From assembly GCA_964369605.1 (NCBI GenBank), contig CAYJFD010000004.1:2027-66026 (forward strand): 64,000 nt of DNA, given 5' to 3'. Positions 48,532-59,651 of the stretch are shown here, in pieces. The position numbers and the translations under genes were made by a program. The DNA comes from an uncultured Muribaculaceae bacterium. GTDB lineage: Bacteria; Bacteroidota; Bacteroidia; Bacteroidales; UBA932. Under the pieces are notes generated by a model. It was not told where the DNA came from. It searched no databases and saw only the letters and a program-made list of their open reading frames with translations. The stretch's first letter is position 1. The number at the start of each line of letters is the position of its first letter.

Positions 48532-49143
48532 ATGAAGAAACTAATACTAACTACCCTGATCGCAGCCTTCTCTCATTCATTCTTAATGGGACAAGGATCT
48601 ATCTGGACACCTCTCGGAAATATAGAAATAACAAATGAAGTAGATTATGGAATCTATATCTCAAATAATAAAAAGATAAAATTAGAGAAGATACTTGTCA
48701 ATATAGCTAACGATGAATATTCTACTGAATCTTTTGAAGTTTCGATACTTTCTGCTCCTAAAATGAAAGATTATAAAAGCTACAATAGCTCTAAATTTAA
48801 ACAATTGAATAATAAACCTATCATCGTATCAGGAAAAGAAGGAGGAGGTATACTAGAGATAGATGTTTCAGATATGAATATAGAGATTTACAAGAATTTT
48901 ATAGTAAAAATAAGTAGCACAGAAGAATCTATAAAGAACGCTAGATCTAGAGAGGAGAAAGTTTATATATGTGGAGAGTGGACAGGAGAAATGAAAACTA
49001 TTTTCTTATATGGTCCTAGATTTTGTAGGAATAAAGCCTATCCTATGCTAACACAATACCAGCAACTGGAGTGTAACTATGCCATACTTAGTACCACAGA
49101 GTCTCTTGATATAGAATTTAAGACCGTAACACTTAAGCATTAA
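48532..49143 (+). CDS. secreted protein of unknown function
   Basis: Signal peptide MKKLILTTLIAAFSHSFLMGQ. No motif recognised. Confidence 0.55.
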   Translation: MKKLILTTLIAAFSHSFLMGQGSIWTPLGNIEITNEVDYGIYISNNKKIKLEKILVNIANDEYSTESFEVSILSAPKMKDYKSYNSSKFKQLNNKPIIVSGKEGGGILEIDVSDMNIEIYKNFIVKISSTEESIKNARSREEKVYICGEWTGEMKTIFLYGPRFCRNKAYPMLTQYQQLECNYAILSTTESLDIEFKTVTLKH

Positions 49144-49236
49144 TGTTTGCTTAAGGCATTAGTCATATTCACTCCAGTCGCTAACGCTGACTAGTAAGTC
49201 TTAATTGTTAATATTCTTTTAAGTATTATAATTAAA

Positions 49237-50766
49237 TTATTCTTTCATACATCTAACAGATAGCGCATCCGCCCTTCCCGCTCCAGCATCTGGAGACATC
49301 GTTAACATATCTGAACCATCTATATTTTTTGTTGAGAACGAGAAGATAGACATAGCTAGTCCAGGGGTGCTAGTTTCACTCACATAAGGACAGTTAGCCC
49401 AGTAAGAACCCCATATGCCTGCTACACTTCCCATTAACATAGCATAGGATCCATCATACCTAGCCGCAGCTGGAAAGTAAGAGTTTACTCCTTCTGATAA
49501 TACCATATTCCAGCCATAGTTATAGTCACCCAAGTCTTTTATTCCATCTTCATTTATATCAAATATATTAAAGTCTTCAATTACCCATGCATATCCACCT
49601 GAAGTAGTGAAATCCTTGAATATTCCAGCATCTGGAACTCTCCACCCTGGAGGGCATGGATCATAAATTGATTTATTTCCTTTAACTGTATACTGACCTT
49701 CTGGATCCTTCGAATGTCCTACCGGATTTCCCCATAAGCCATGATCAGTTAATTCTGATTTTAACCAGTCACTTGTGGTCTCTTTTTCCGCCATAGATGA
49801 CATACATATAGTAGGATTCTGGATTGCATATTCAATAGTATTATTTGTTTTGTCACTATGTGAAGAATTCGTAATGCTTACTACTTCACCTTCGATATCA
49901 TAAACGTCTGCATTTTTTGTAGCTACTGTACCAACTAAATCACCTGTATTTGGAAATGGATCTTTTCTACCCCACTGATATAATAATCCATAAGATTTCA
50001 CATCACCAGGTGTACTGTTTAATGCACCTAAATTTAAATTCATGATTTGAGAATTGGCTGTTGCTAGCTCAAGGATACTTTCCTCAGGCACCCAAATATG
50101 CCACGACCATAGTATTTCTCCCTCGCCATCTGTGGCTGCGACTACAGCGTTACCTTTGAGGTCTGATACTGTAAATCTTAATACACCATTAATTAATGAG
50201 ATCTCTGACACTAAATCCTTTTCAGACTGCCAGACTAAAGTCGCTCCAGTAGGATTAATAGCCTCTATAGGATCTTCACCCTCTTCTGAGTAGCCATTTC
50301 CACGAACCGTAGCATTAAAAGAATAAAATCCTGGTGCTGTTACTACGTATGAATTTGCAGTTGCGCTAGCACTAAGATCTGTAACTATTTTCTCGGCTCC
50401 TTCTTGAGAGACTCTGATGATAGAGTTCAGCACTTCGACATCATCTGTAGCTGTAATCTTTATTTCTATTGCCTGCCTTATATTATAGGAGGTATTCTCT
50501 AGGGCTGTCACTGTGATTTGATCTTCACCACTTTGATCACGTTCTACCACGCACCAATCTTGGTCGCTTACAGTGTAGGACCATACTTTTAAATTTGTTT
50601 TTACTTGAATCGTAGTTGTTGCCCCCTCACTTGGAAATAATAAATTACCAGAAGGTTCTAAATTCAAAAATGGATCTTGATTTGTTGCTCCCCCATTACA
50701 TGAGTATAATGATAATACCATAACTAATGAAGCAACCCAGAAAGCGCAAAATTTATTAATTTTCAT
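49237..50766 (-). CDS. lipoprotein with BACON-like N-terminal domain and FISUMP-like C-terminal region
   Basis: Lipobox SLYSC and a BACON-like segment (FPSEGATTTIQVKTNLKVWSYTVSDQDWCVV). Also LLYQWGRKDPFP and DPCPPGWRVP, motifs reminiscent of the Fibrobacter major paralogous domain. Confidence 0.55.
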   Translation of the reverse strand: MKINKFCAFWVASLVMVLSLYSCNGGATNQDPFLNLEPSGNLLFPSEGATTTIQVKTNLKVWSYTVSDQDWCVVERDQSGEDQITVTALENTSYNIRQAIEIKITATDDVEVLNSIIRVSQEGAEKIVTDLSASATANSYVVTAPGFYSFNATVRGNGYSEEGEDPIEAINPTGATLVWQSEKDLVSEISLINGVLRFTVSDLKGNAVVAATDGEGEILWSWHIWVPEESILELATANSQIMNLNLGALNSTPGDVKSYGLLYQWGRKDPFPNTGDLVGTVATKNADVYDIEGEVVSITNSSHSDKTNNTIEYAIQNPTICMSSMAEKETTSDWLKSELTDHGLWGNPVGHSKDPEGQYTVKGNKSIYDPCPPGWRVPDAGIFKDFTTSGGYAWVIEDFNIFDINEDGIKDLGDYNYGWNMVLSEGVNSYFPAAARYDGSYAMLMGSVAGIWGSYWANCPYVSETSTPGLAMSIFSFSTKNIDGSDMLTMSPDAGAGRADALSVRCMKE

Positions 50767-50852
50767 TATGTCTATTTTTTTAGGACTGACACCATAGAAT
50801 AATCCAACCTAGTGTCATTCTTATAAATTTCTAATTTAAAAAAAAGTCATCG

Positions 50853-50883
50853 CAAATATATGTATAATAGTATAAAATGCAAA
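50853..50883 (-). promoter_or_regulatory. candidate sigma-A promoter of the BACON lipoprotein gene
   Basis: Minus strand: -33 TTTG (50883-50880), 19-nt spacer, -7 TATATTTG (50860-50853). Full consensus match. Confidence 0.6.
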
Positions 50884-50910
50884 ATCCCCCGATGAGCACG
50901 GGGGATTTTA
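50872..50910 (-). terminator. intrinsic terminator downstream of the LuxR-type regulator gene
   Basis: 10-bp stem aaaatccccc (50881-50890) / gggggatttt (50900-50909) with a 9-nt loop. On the minus strand it is followed by AUUUUGCAUUUUA. Confidence 0.65.
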
Positions 50911-51029
50911 TGGCATTAGAGTAATTATTCACCCTAAAGAATTTCGATATTTATTTAACATTAACGATACAAAGATAAGGCTAAGTGTTGAGTGCGACAA
51001 TACCTAAAAGTAGTGATATTTATAATCTC

Positions 51030-51629
51030 CTAATTATCAATACTTTCCTTTATTTTATCTAAAGAAACTAACTTATTTACGATAGCATAGATAGTTAAAC
51101 CTGCGACGCTATGTATCTGAAGTTTCGCTACTATGTTTCTTCTGTGTGTCATTATGGTATGTGTAGATAGAAATAAGGTATCTGCTATTTGCTTATTTGA
51201 TAATCCTTTCACTATACAAACTAGTACATCTTTTTCTCTTTGTGTAAGATCAGTCTTTGAGTCATCTTTTCTCAAATCTAGAATCTTAACTATTTTTTCT
51301 TTTATGGTACTTGCACTATCATAAATCGATATGGACTCATCATAATCCTCTGATGCATCGTGATGAGAAAGAGCTGTCTTTAAAGCCACGATATGAAAAT
51401 TATCCTTCTCTATTAATTCTTTAATATTTGCAAAAGTAAGAGGCGAACTGATAGGGTTAATTAATAACACATCACAGTTCATTACTGACAGCGTATTTGG
51501 GAGGTCATTCAATTTACTTATCTGTGCGATATCGATATCCAAATCAGGCATTTTTCGTAATATTTCAACGATACCTAATCTGATTATATCTGCAGGTTCT
51601 GCCACTACTATGTGTGTTCTTTTTGACAT
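51030..51629 (-). CDS. LuxR/NarL-type regulator with atypical (Asp-less) receiver domain
   Basis: C-terminal GerE HTH (LTQREKDVLVCIVKGLSNKQIADTLFLSTHTIMTHRRNI). The N-terminal receiver-like fold has AE instead of DD and LLINP instead of LLD. Confidence 0.8.
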   Translation of the reverse strand: MSKRTHIVVAEPADIIRLGIVEILRKMPDLDIDIAQISKLNDLPNTLSVMNCDVLLINPISSPLTFANIKELIEKDNFHIVALKTALSHHDASEDYDESISIYDSASTIKEKIVKILDLRKDDSKTDLTQREKDVLVCIVKGLSNKQIADTLFLSTHTIMTHRRNIVAKLQIHSVAGLTIYAIVNKLVSLDKIKESIDN

Positions 51630-51631
51630 CC

Positions 51632-52318
51632 TTACACCTCCTTCTCCATTATTGAAGCCAAAGGACTCAATAATTCATTTTCAACTGAAGTATGAAAATT
51701 CAAATCTTCAGCACACGAGTGAAGCTCCATTAATAACTTATAAAATCTACTACTTAGTTCTCCAGGGTAATATTTAATAATAATTCCTTTTAATTCTGTC
51801 AGCTTTTCATCTATATTCTCATGATTTTCGCTAAAGTCATCGATAGAATACTCTAGCCCTTTCTTATTTTCTAATAGAGATTCAACATAAGGGAATAACT
51901 GTTTTTCTTCACTTGTAATATGTTGTGTAACTTCAGCCTCATATTCATTATAATAATCTAAGATAGCCCTTGCTATATCATTGTTATCACAACTAACTAT
52001 CGCTTCTATCTCCTCTCGAATTCTTCTTAATTTATAATCTAGGAAAAATTTATGAGAATTTTTCAGATAATTAATTAAGGTAGGTAGAACCTTCCTAGGG
52101 GAAAGATTTGATAATTGTGTATCATTACCCAGAAGAAGATTTACTATTAACAAGAAGGCATCTGAATCAACTGATGATTTCTGACATACCTCTTCGATAG
52201 TTTCATCCCCAAATCCCAGTGGGATATTAAAGATATTTGCCACGAAGAGCATTCTGAATTTATCTGACAATAGGTCTCCCATATTATCAGATTTTTTATA
52301 TAGACTAATTTTATACAT
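51632..52318 (-). CDS. hemerythrin-like (ScdA/RIC-type di-iron) domain protein
   Basis: Four helix-sized segments carry H/E/D ligand candidates (NSHKFF..EE, QHITSEE, ENHENIDE, LHSCAEDLNFHTSVENE). Family call is by eye. Alternative start at 52282. Confidence 0.5.
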   Translation of the reverse strand: MYKISLYKKSDNMGDLLSDKFRMLFVANIFNIPLGFGDETIEEVCQKSSVDSDAFLLIVNLLLGNDTQLSNLSPRKVLPTLINYLKNSHKFFLDYKLRRIREEIEAIVSCDNNDIARAILDYYNEYEAEVTQHITSEEKQLFPYVESLLENKKGLEYSIDDFSENHENIDEKLTELKGIIIKYYPGELSSRFYKLLMELHSCAEDLNFHTSVENELLSPLASIMEKEV

Positions 52319-52335
52319 TACTTTAATATTTTAGA

Positions 52336-52367
52336 CAAAAGTAAGGCTGTCTTACTCCCTAAACAAT
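52336..52367 (-). promoter_or_regulatory. candidate internal promoter for the hemerythrin-like/LuxR pair
   Basis: Minus strand: -33 ATTG (52367-52364), 20-nt spacer, -7 TACTTTTG (52343-52336). Confidence 0.4.
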
Positions 52368-52383
52368 ACCTAATTATAAGTAT

Positions 52384-52719
52384 TTAAATCATTATCACTT
52401 TATTACAGTTCTGCTGAGCACCAATTATATCCACCATAGTGGCTACACTTCCAACTACCACGTTATCAAGCTCATTAAAGTAGCTAAGACAACTTTTACA
52501 TATTAAAAGTTTCACTCCTTTTGACTCTAAAACTTCAAGTGCCTCAACAATAGGAGATTCCTTCAAGCATAACTTTACACCCTCCGCATAAAAACAAATA
52601 TATGCTGGTAAGTTTTTCTCCTCAGTCATTAAGGAAAAATAATTAGATACTAATAATTCTGTTAACTCTTTAGGCGCTTCGCCCATTCCATATTTATTTA
52701 CAACTATTGTAGTCTTCAT
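52384..52719 (-). CDS. DsrE/YedF-C-terminal-like small protein
   Basis: 111 aa. Rossmann-like layout resembles the DsrE/DsrF fold (TIVVNKYGMGEAP.., VKLLICKSCL.., CNKVIMI). By eye only. Confidence 0.5.
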   Translation of the reverse strand: MKTTIVVNKYGMGEAPKELTELLVSNYFSLMTEEKNLPAYICFYAEGVKLCLKESPIVEALEVLESKGVKLLICKSCLSYFNELDNVVVGSVATMVDIIGAQQNCNKVIMI

Positions 52720-52729
52720 TTTATTATTT

Positions 52730-53680
52730 TTAATCTTCTACTAATCTTTTTTTATTCTGATAGAAAATACCTCTCTTTTCACTTTCCATCTCTACTTCAC
52801 CCTCCTTCATCATCACATCCAAACACGCAGTAATCTGCTCCTTTCCCTCTCCAATCATCTGAACCAAATCATCTATGGTACATGGCCTTCTATCTATTGT
52901 CTGCATTATGGCAGATCTCATATCCGTCCTGAAGTTAATCTTAGTAGCTGCTTTAGCTACTTTAGATATTATACTAACATTAGGTAGGTCCCATAAAGTG
53001 ATTATAGCCTCTAGCTCCTCAAATGTAGCTGCTCTTAGATTTTTTAACACACCAGGTCTATCCAAGGTATTTAACTGTACTATATCAGGTTTGATTCGAT
53101 TGATTGCTTCTTTAAGCGCCATTAACTCTGAATCACTATCATTATAGCCTGGCAGGATCATTATCTCTAAATGCATTTGACCAGTAAATGTTTCTCTGAA
53201 GCTTACTAGAGATTCTATGCATTTTTCTATTTCTAGATCACTATGAGGTCTATTTATCCTTTTAAATACGCTATCAGTTGCTGCATCTAGTGATGGTAAT
53301 ACTATATCAGCATACCTTAAAGAGTGAACAAGAGATTCATCCTCAAATAAGGTAGCATTCGTAATCATAGCTATTTGAGAGGCTGGTCGATTCGATTTAA
53401 TAAATTTCAGCACTTTTTCTAATTCTAAATTCAAGGTGGGTTCACCATAGCCAGAAAAAGTAAAGGTGTCAGGATCTGGACTTGTATCAAAGTAAAGTTG
53501 TAGCTCCGCAATAATTTCTTCTGCTCTAATATACTCCTTCCTCTGTAGCGTTAACTTAGTCGTCGCTCCTACTTCGCAATATACGCAGTCTAAGGAACAT
53601 ACCTTCTTAGGGACTAAATCAACTCCTAATGACAATCCTAATCTCCTAGAAGGAATAGGTCCAAATAAATATTTATACAT
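52730..53680 (-). CDS. radical SAM protein (COG0731-like) with C-terminal winged-helix-like tail
   Basis: GPIPSRRLGLSLGVDLVPKKVCSLDCVYCEVG (CxxxCxxC). The start ATG overlaps the upstream stop (TAATG). Confidence 0.85.
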   Translation of the reverse strand: MYKYLFGPIPSRRLGLSLGVDLVPKKVCSLDCVYCEVGATTKLTLQRKEYIRAEEIIAELQLYFDTSPDPDTFTFSGYGEPTLNLELEKVLKFIKSNRPASQIAMITNATLFEDESLVHSLRYADIVLPSLDAATDSVFKRINRPHSDLEIEKCIESLVSFRETFTGQMHLEIMILPGYNDSDSELMALKEAINRIKPDIVQLNTLDRPGVLKNLRAATFEELEAIITLWDLPNVSIISKVAKAATKINFRTDMRSAIMQTIDRRPCTIDDLVQMIGEGKEQITACLDVMMKEGEVEMESEKRGIFYQNKKRLVED

Positions 53681-55164
53681 TAAATGCTTATTTTATAAGA
53701 TGTTAATAGCTTAGAGAGGCGTTCAAAAATAAGCTTCTCTCCCCCTTCTACATCTGACTCTATATTTAGAGGCATAACAGGATCGTGAAGTGACATTCTT
53801 AATAAAAACCAACCTTGTTCAGACGCAGAGCGACAAGCCACCCTTATCCCTTCATAATTCGGTTCCACTACACTCCAATCCCCTATCTCTAAGACTTTTG
53901 CCTTTAGTTCATCAAGAAGCTGTAATCCATAAGAAGAAAAATCCTCAACTAGAATCTTATATCTATATTCAGCACTTTCTGCTGCTTCCTTTAAATCGAT
54001 AAGAGCTGTATCTATTCTCTCTCCCCTTTGTCTCAACAAAGCTACTTCTACTAATATCTTCGCTACAAGAAATGCTCCGTCATCTAGAAAATAATTCTCT
54101 CTTAAAGCAGCATGTCCCGATGTCTCGATAGCCAACCATGAATCCTCCCCTAGAGAATTTAATCGTTTTGATTCATTAATTACATTTTTGTAACCCCTTT
54201 TATATCTATGATGAACTCCACCTAAATTCTTTATGAATTCACCTAATCCATCTGAGGTAATAGAATCCGTAACAATAGTAGAACCTGGATGCTCCCTAAG
54301 TATAATAGAAGAAATCAAGGCTATCAAAGCATTTCGATTTATAGCATTCCCACTTGAATCGACTATCGCCGAACGATCCACATCGGTATCAAAGATAATT
54401 CCTAAATCAGCTCCAACTTCCTTTACACGAGCACAAACAGAAGCCATAGCCTCAGCGTCTTCTGGATTAGGTATATGATTTGGAAAATTACCATCAGGCT
54501 CAAGATACTGACTCTTTGAAACATCTGCACCTAAGGCCGTCAAGACCTTTGTTGCAAAAAATCCACCAGCACCATTGCCAGCATCTACTACTATCTTCAT
54601 TCCAACTAAAGGAGTCTCTCCTAAAGCTGCACCTTTTCGAATATACTCTACTATAAATGCAGAATATTCTGAGATAAGGTCCCATTCTGGGACAATATCA
54701 CTATCAACAGAAACGTAATCACTTGTGTACTCTTCTGAAGCAATGCTTAATATCTGTTTAATATCCTCCTTTTCAAGGCCGCCCTCTGCGGTAAAAAACT
54801 TCAATCCATTCCTATTAAAAGGAAGGTGACTAGCTGTTAGCATAACTCCAGCTGTTACATCTCTAAATACTGTAGACATAAACATTGCTGGCGTAGAAGC
54901 TAAGCCTGCGTTATAAACCTTTACCCCAAGGCTTAATAATCCACTAACAAAGGCCATCTTAACACTATCACCACTCAATCTAGAATCTTGTCCTACTGCA
55001 ACGACTAAGTCCTTAGTCTCCCTCTGCCTTAACCATAGAGCGAATGCTCTTCCCAAAGCGAAGACCACCTCTGGCGTTAAATTTATAATCTCACCCTCGA
55101 CACCATTCATTGCGACTCCACGAATATCAGAGCCATTTTGTAATCTATTCCAATTTATATCCAT
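53680..55164 (-). CDS. alpha-D-phosphohexomutase (phosphoglucomutase/phosphomannomutase family)
   Basis: Active-site loop TASHLPFNRNGLKF, metal loop FDTDVDRS and sugar loop ETSGH. Confidence 0.9.
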   Translation of the reverse strand: MDINWNRLQNGSDIRGVAMNGVEGEIINLTPEVVFALGRAFALWLRQRETKDLVVAVGQDSRLSGDSVKMAFVSGLLSLGVKVYNAGLASTPAMFMSTVFRDVTAGVMLTASHLPFNRNGLKFFTAEGGLEKEDIKQILSIASEEYTSDYVSVDSDIVPEWDLISEYSAFIVEYIRKGAALGETPLVGMKIVVDAGNGAGGFFATKVLTALGADVSKSQYLEPDGNFPNHIPNPEDAEAMASVCARVKEVGADLGIIFDTDVDRSAIVDSSGNAINRNALIALISSIILREHPGSTIVTDSITSDGLGEFIKNLGGVHHRYKRGYKNVINESKRLNSLGEDSWLAIETSGHAALRENYFLDDGAFLVAKILVEVALLRQRGERIDTALIDLKEAAESAEYRYKILVEDFSSYGLQLLDELKAKVLEIGDWSVVEPNYEGIRVACRSASEQGWFLLRMSLHDPVMPLNIESDVEGGEKLIFERLSKLLTSYKISI

Positions 55165-55167
55165 AAT

Positions 55168-56235
55168 CTACTGCTTATTTATCCACTGAGCTAATGCTCC
55201 TAAAAATGTTGGAGAGATAGTTTCCTTAATGAAAGCATACTCTGTTGGAAGTCCTGAATCAGCCTCTTGAAAAAGGTGATTCAAACCTTCGAAATAGATA
55301 GAGGTAACATTTGAATTTCCTCCTAAAATAAGAGACTCTCTGATACTTTTCATATTCACCTGTGCATTTACTTGAGTATCTTTCATCCCATTCGTAAGTA
55401 ACACAGGTACTTTTACTTTTGAAATATCTTCTCTTGGATCATATTTGATAAAATAATACATCCATGGATTATCAAACTGTGCAACTACGCCATTCACTTG
55501 ATCTTGAGAAGCACCCTGAGGTAAAAAATCTTTCACCAACACAGCTATACTATCACTTAGCTCGGCCGTTCTATACTCGGATTCCACTATTAAGTCAAAC
55601 ACACTCTCATTAAGGCTTAAATTTCTAGCTATCACTTCTGATGCGATACCATAGCCCTCTGAAATATCTCTTGCTTGAGTAAGTAAAATTTCCCTTCCAC
55701 TTACTCCTGGGCTTGCCATAGCAATAATAAAATCAGGAACATTATACTGCTCTGGATCTAGCGTAGCTGCCATAAAAGCTACTAATCCTCCTTCACTATG
55801 CCCGATCAGTCCTATACTTTCAATATCCTTCCTTTCTCTTAAGAATGATATTGCGCTTTGCGCGTCATAAGCTAAATCTCTTGTTGTAGACGCGTTTCCT
55901 AGCGGAGCATTGCTCTTGCCGACTCCTCTATCATCGTAGCGTAGAACAGCTATCCCATTTTTTGCAAGATAGTCCGCGATAACTTTGAATGGCTTATGTC
56001 CAGCGACTTCACTATCTCTATTTTGAGGTCCTGACCCAGAGATTAATATTACTGCTTTATGTGCACCTCTACCTTTAGGGATAGAGAGGGTTCCAGCTAT
56101 GGTATTGCCCTGCTCTTCATTTACGAAGATAACCTCCTCTTCTGTATATGGCAGAGAATCTTGCGCACTTAATATAGACGTAAATGCACAGAAAATTAAA
56201 ACGATAAATAGTGCTTGTGATGCGATTTTTTTCAT
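55168..56235 (-). CDS. secreted alpha/beta-hydrolase
   Basis: Signal peptide from the internal ATG 56235 (MKKIASQALFIVLIF..). Nucleophile elbow GLIGHSEGG. Confidence 0.8.
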   Translation of the reverse strand: MKKIASQALFIVLIFCAFTSILSAQDSLPYTEEEVIFVNEEQGNTIAGTLSIPKGRGAHKAVILISGSGPQNRDSEVAGHKPFKVIADYLAKNGIAVLRYDDRGVGKSNAPLGNASTTRDLAYDAQSAISFLRERKDIESIGLIGHSEGGLVAFMAATLDPEQYNVPDFIIAMASPGVSGREILLTQARDISEGYGIASEVIARNLSLNESVFDLIVESEYRTAELSDSIAVLVKDFLPQGASQDQVNGVVAQFDNPWMYYFIKYDPREDISKVKVPVLLTNGMKDTQVNAQVNMKSIRESLILGGNSNVTSIYFEGLNHLFQEADSGLPTEYAFIKETISPTFLGALAQWINKQ

Positions 56236-56370
56236 TCTTCTATCAATTATTATATAAGTCACAAAAGTACACATAAAATTTTAATATCCATTTAGTTTTC
56301 TGCAGCTCTTTGTTTGAGAAAAAATATTAACTTTGTTTGATATATTTATGAGTAATTAAATTAAAACTAT

Positions 56371-57561
56371 ATGAATAAAAAACTAAGAACAGCAACACTA
56401 ATAGCTTGCTTATTTTTATCTCTTCTTGCTTGTGGCAAAGAAAAGAGGGCGATAGGGAATGAGGAAAATAATGCATTAAAACAGCTTCACACTCAGATTG
56501 AAGAATTACTTATTGAGCGTGACTCTTCACTTCACAGACAGTATGAAGAACAATGGAAAAGAAAAAAACTGATTCTTGACGATAAGGAGATGCGTTTTTA
56601 TACTAAGGTTTTTGGCGACGAGCCAGAGGACGGACGTGCGATGTACATTTCAATGCACGGAGGAGGAGGTACTACCTCAACTGCAAATAATCAACAGTGG
56701 AATAACCAAAAAATTCTTTATAGCCCTGCCGAAGGAGTTTATTTTGTCCCTCGCGCACCGACTGACACGTGGGATTTATGGCATTTAGGACACATCGACC
56801 CCTTGTTTGAAAGAGCTATTCTTCTAGCTATGATATACGAAAACGTAAATCCAAATAAAGTTTATATTATGGGATATTCAGCAGGTGGAGACGGGACTTA
56901 CCAACTTGCACCTCGCATGTCAGAAATATGGGCAGCAGCAGCTATGAGTGCAGGACATCCAGGTGACTCAGAGCACAGAAATCTTCGCAATCTGCCCTTT
57001 GCAATATATATGGGCGGAGAGGACACTCCTTACGACAGGAATATTGAGGCGCAAAAATATGGCGACAGACTTGCAGAGCTTCAGGCAGAGGATCCTCAAG
57101 GCTACATATATGATTTAAATATTTACGAGGGTATGGGACACTGGATGGAAAGAAGAGACACTACATCTCTTAGTTGGATGTCAAAATACAAAAGAAATGT
57201 TATTCCTTCAAGAGTTGTATGGATTCAAGATAATGTAGTTAGGGCTAATTCTTACTGGTTATCAACAAACATACAAAATGCAAATAACGACGACCTGATT
57301 ATAGCAAACTACACAAAAGATGGCATTATTACGATAGAGGAGTCTTCTGTTAGTGAGTTCAGTATCGGACTAAGAGATGACATGATGGATCTTGACAAGG
57401 AAGTGGTTGTAATTAAGGGAGGAAAAGAAATATTCAGAGGCATTGTTGGACGCAGTCTAGAGGTCGCAAAAATGGATATTGAGGCACTCCGAGACAGAGA
57501 TTTAATATTTTACTCGCGCCTACTAATCAGTGAAGACAAGGTCACAGATCTATCCAAATAA
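56371..57561 (+). CDS. lipoprotein esterase-like alpha/beta-hydrolase
   Basis: Lipobox SLLAC and GxSxG elbow IMGYSAGGDG. Resembles PHB-depolymerase/CE1-type esterases by eye. Confidence 0.6.
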   Translation: MNKKLRTATLIACLFLSLLACGKEKRAIGNEENNALKQLHTQIEELLIERDSSLHRQYEEQWKRKKLILDDKEMRFYTKVFGDEPEDGRAMYISMHGGGGTTSTANNQQWNNQKILYSPAEGVYFVPRAPTDTWDLWHLGHIDPLFERAILLAMIYENVNPNKVYIMGYSAGGDGTYQLAPRMSEIWAAAAMSAGHPGDSEHRNLRNLPFAIYMGGEDTPYDRNIEAQKYGDRLAELQAEDPQGYIYDLNIYEGMGHWMERRDTTSLSWMSKYKRNVIPSRVVWIQDNVVRANSYWLSTNIQNANNDDLIIANYTKDGIITIEESSVSEFSIGLRDDMMDLDKEVVVIKGGKEIFRGIVGRSLEVAKMDIEALRDRDLIFYSRLLISEDKVTDLSK

Positions 57562-57598
57562 TAGTTCATCAAATAAGCCCTAGAAAATTCAAAAATAA

Positions 57599-59647
<2,049 letters not shown>

Positions 59648-59651
59648 AAAA

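Noticed and set aside
2058-54685. Other 60-130-aa ORFs nested inside larger genes: 2058-2357, 4148-4444, 10368-10571, 10733-10924, 11152-11481, 11531-11728, 13285-13593, 14548-14856, 17320-17520, 19407-19589, 19837-20130, 20088-20366, 28312-28500, 29189-29452, 29230-29415, 30780-30992, 31402-31596, 33834-34040, 35735-36118, 37544-37828, 38859-39056, 41335-41544, 47411-47689, 50054-50293, 51133-51324, 52875-53147, 53790-54002, 54233-54478, 54500-54685, 56576-56788, 58015-58341 and 59323-59526.
   Set aside because: Each is embedded in, or antisense to, a long ORF with recognisable family motifs. None has a recognisable motif of its own.
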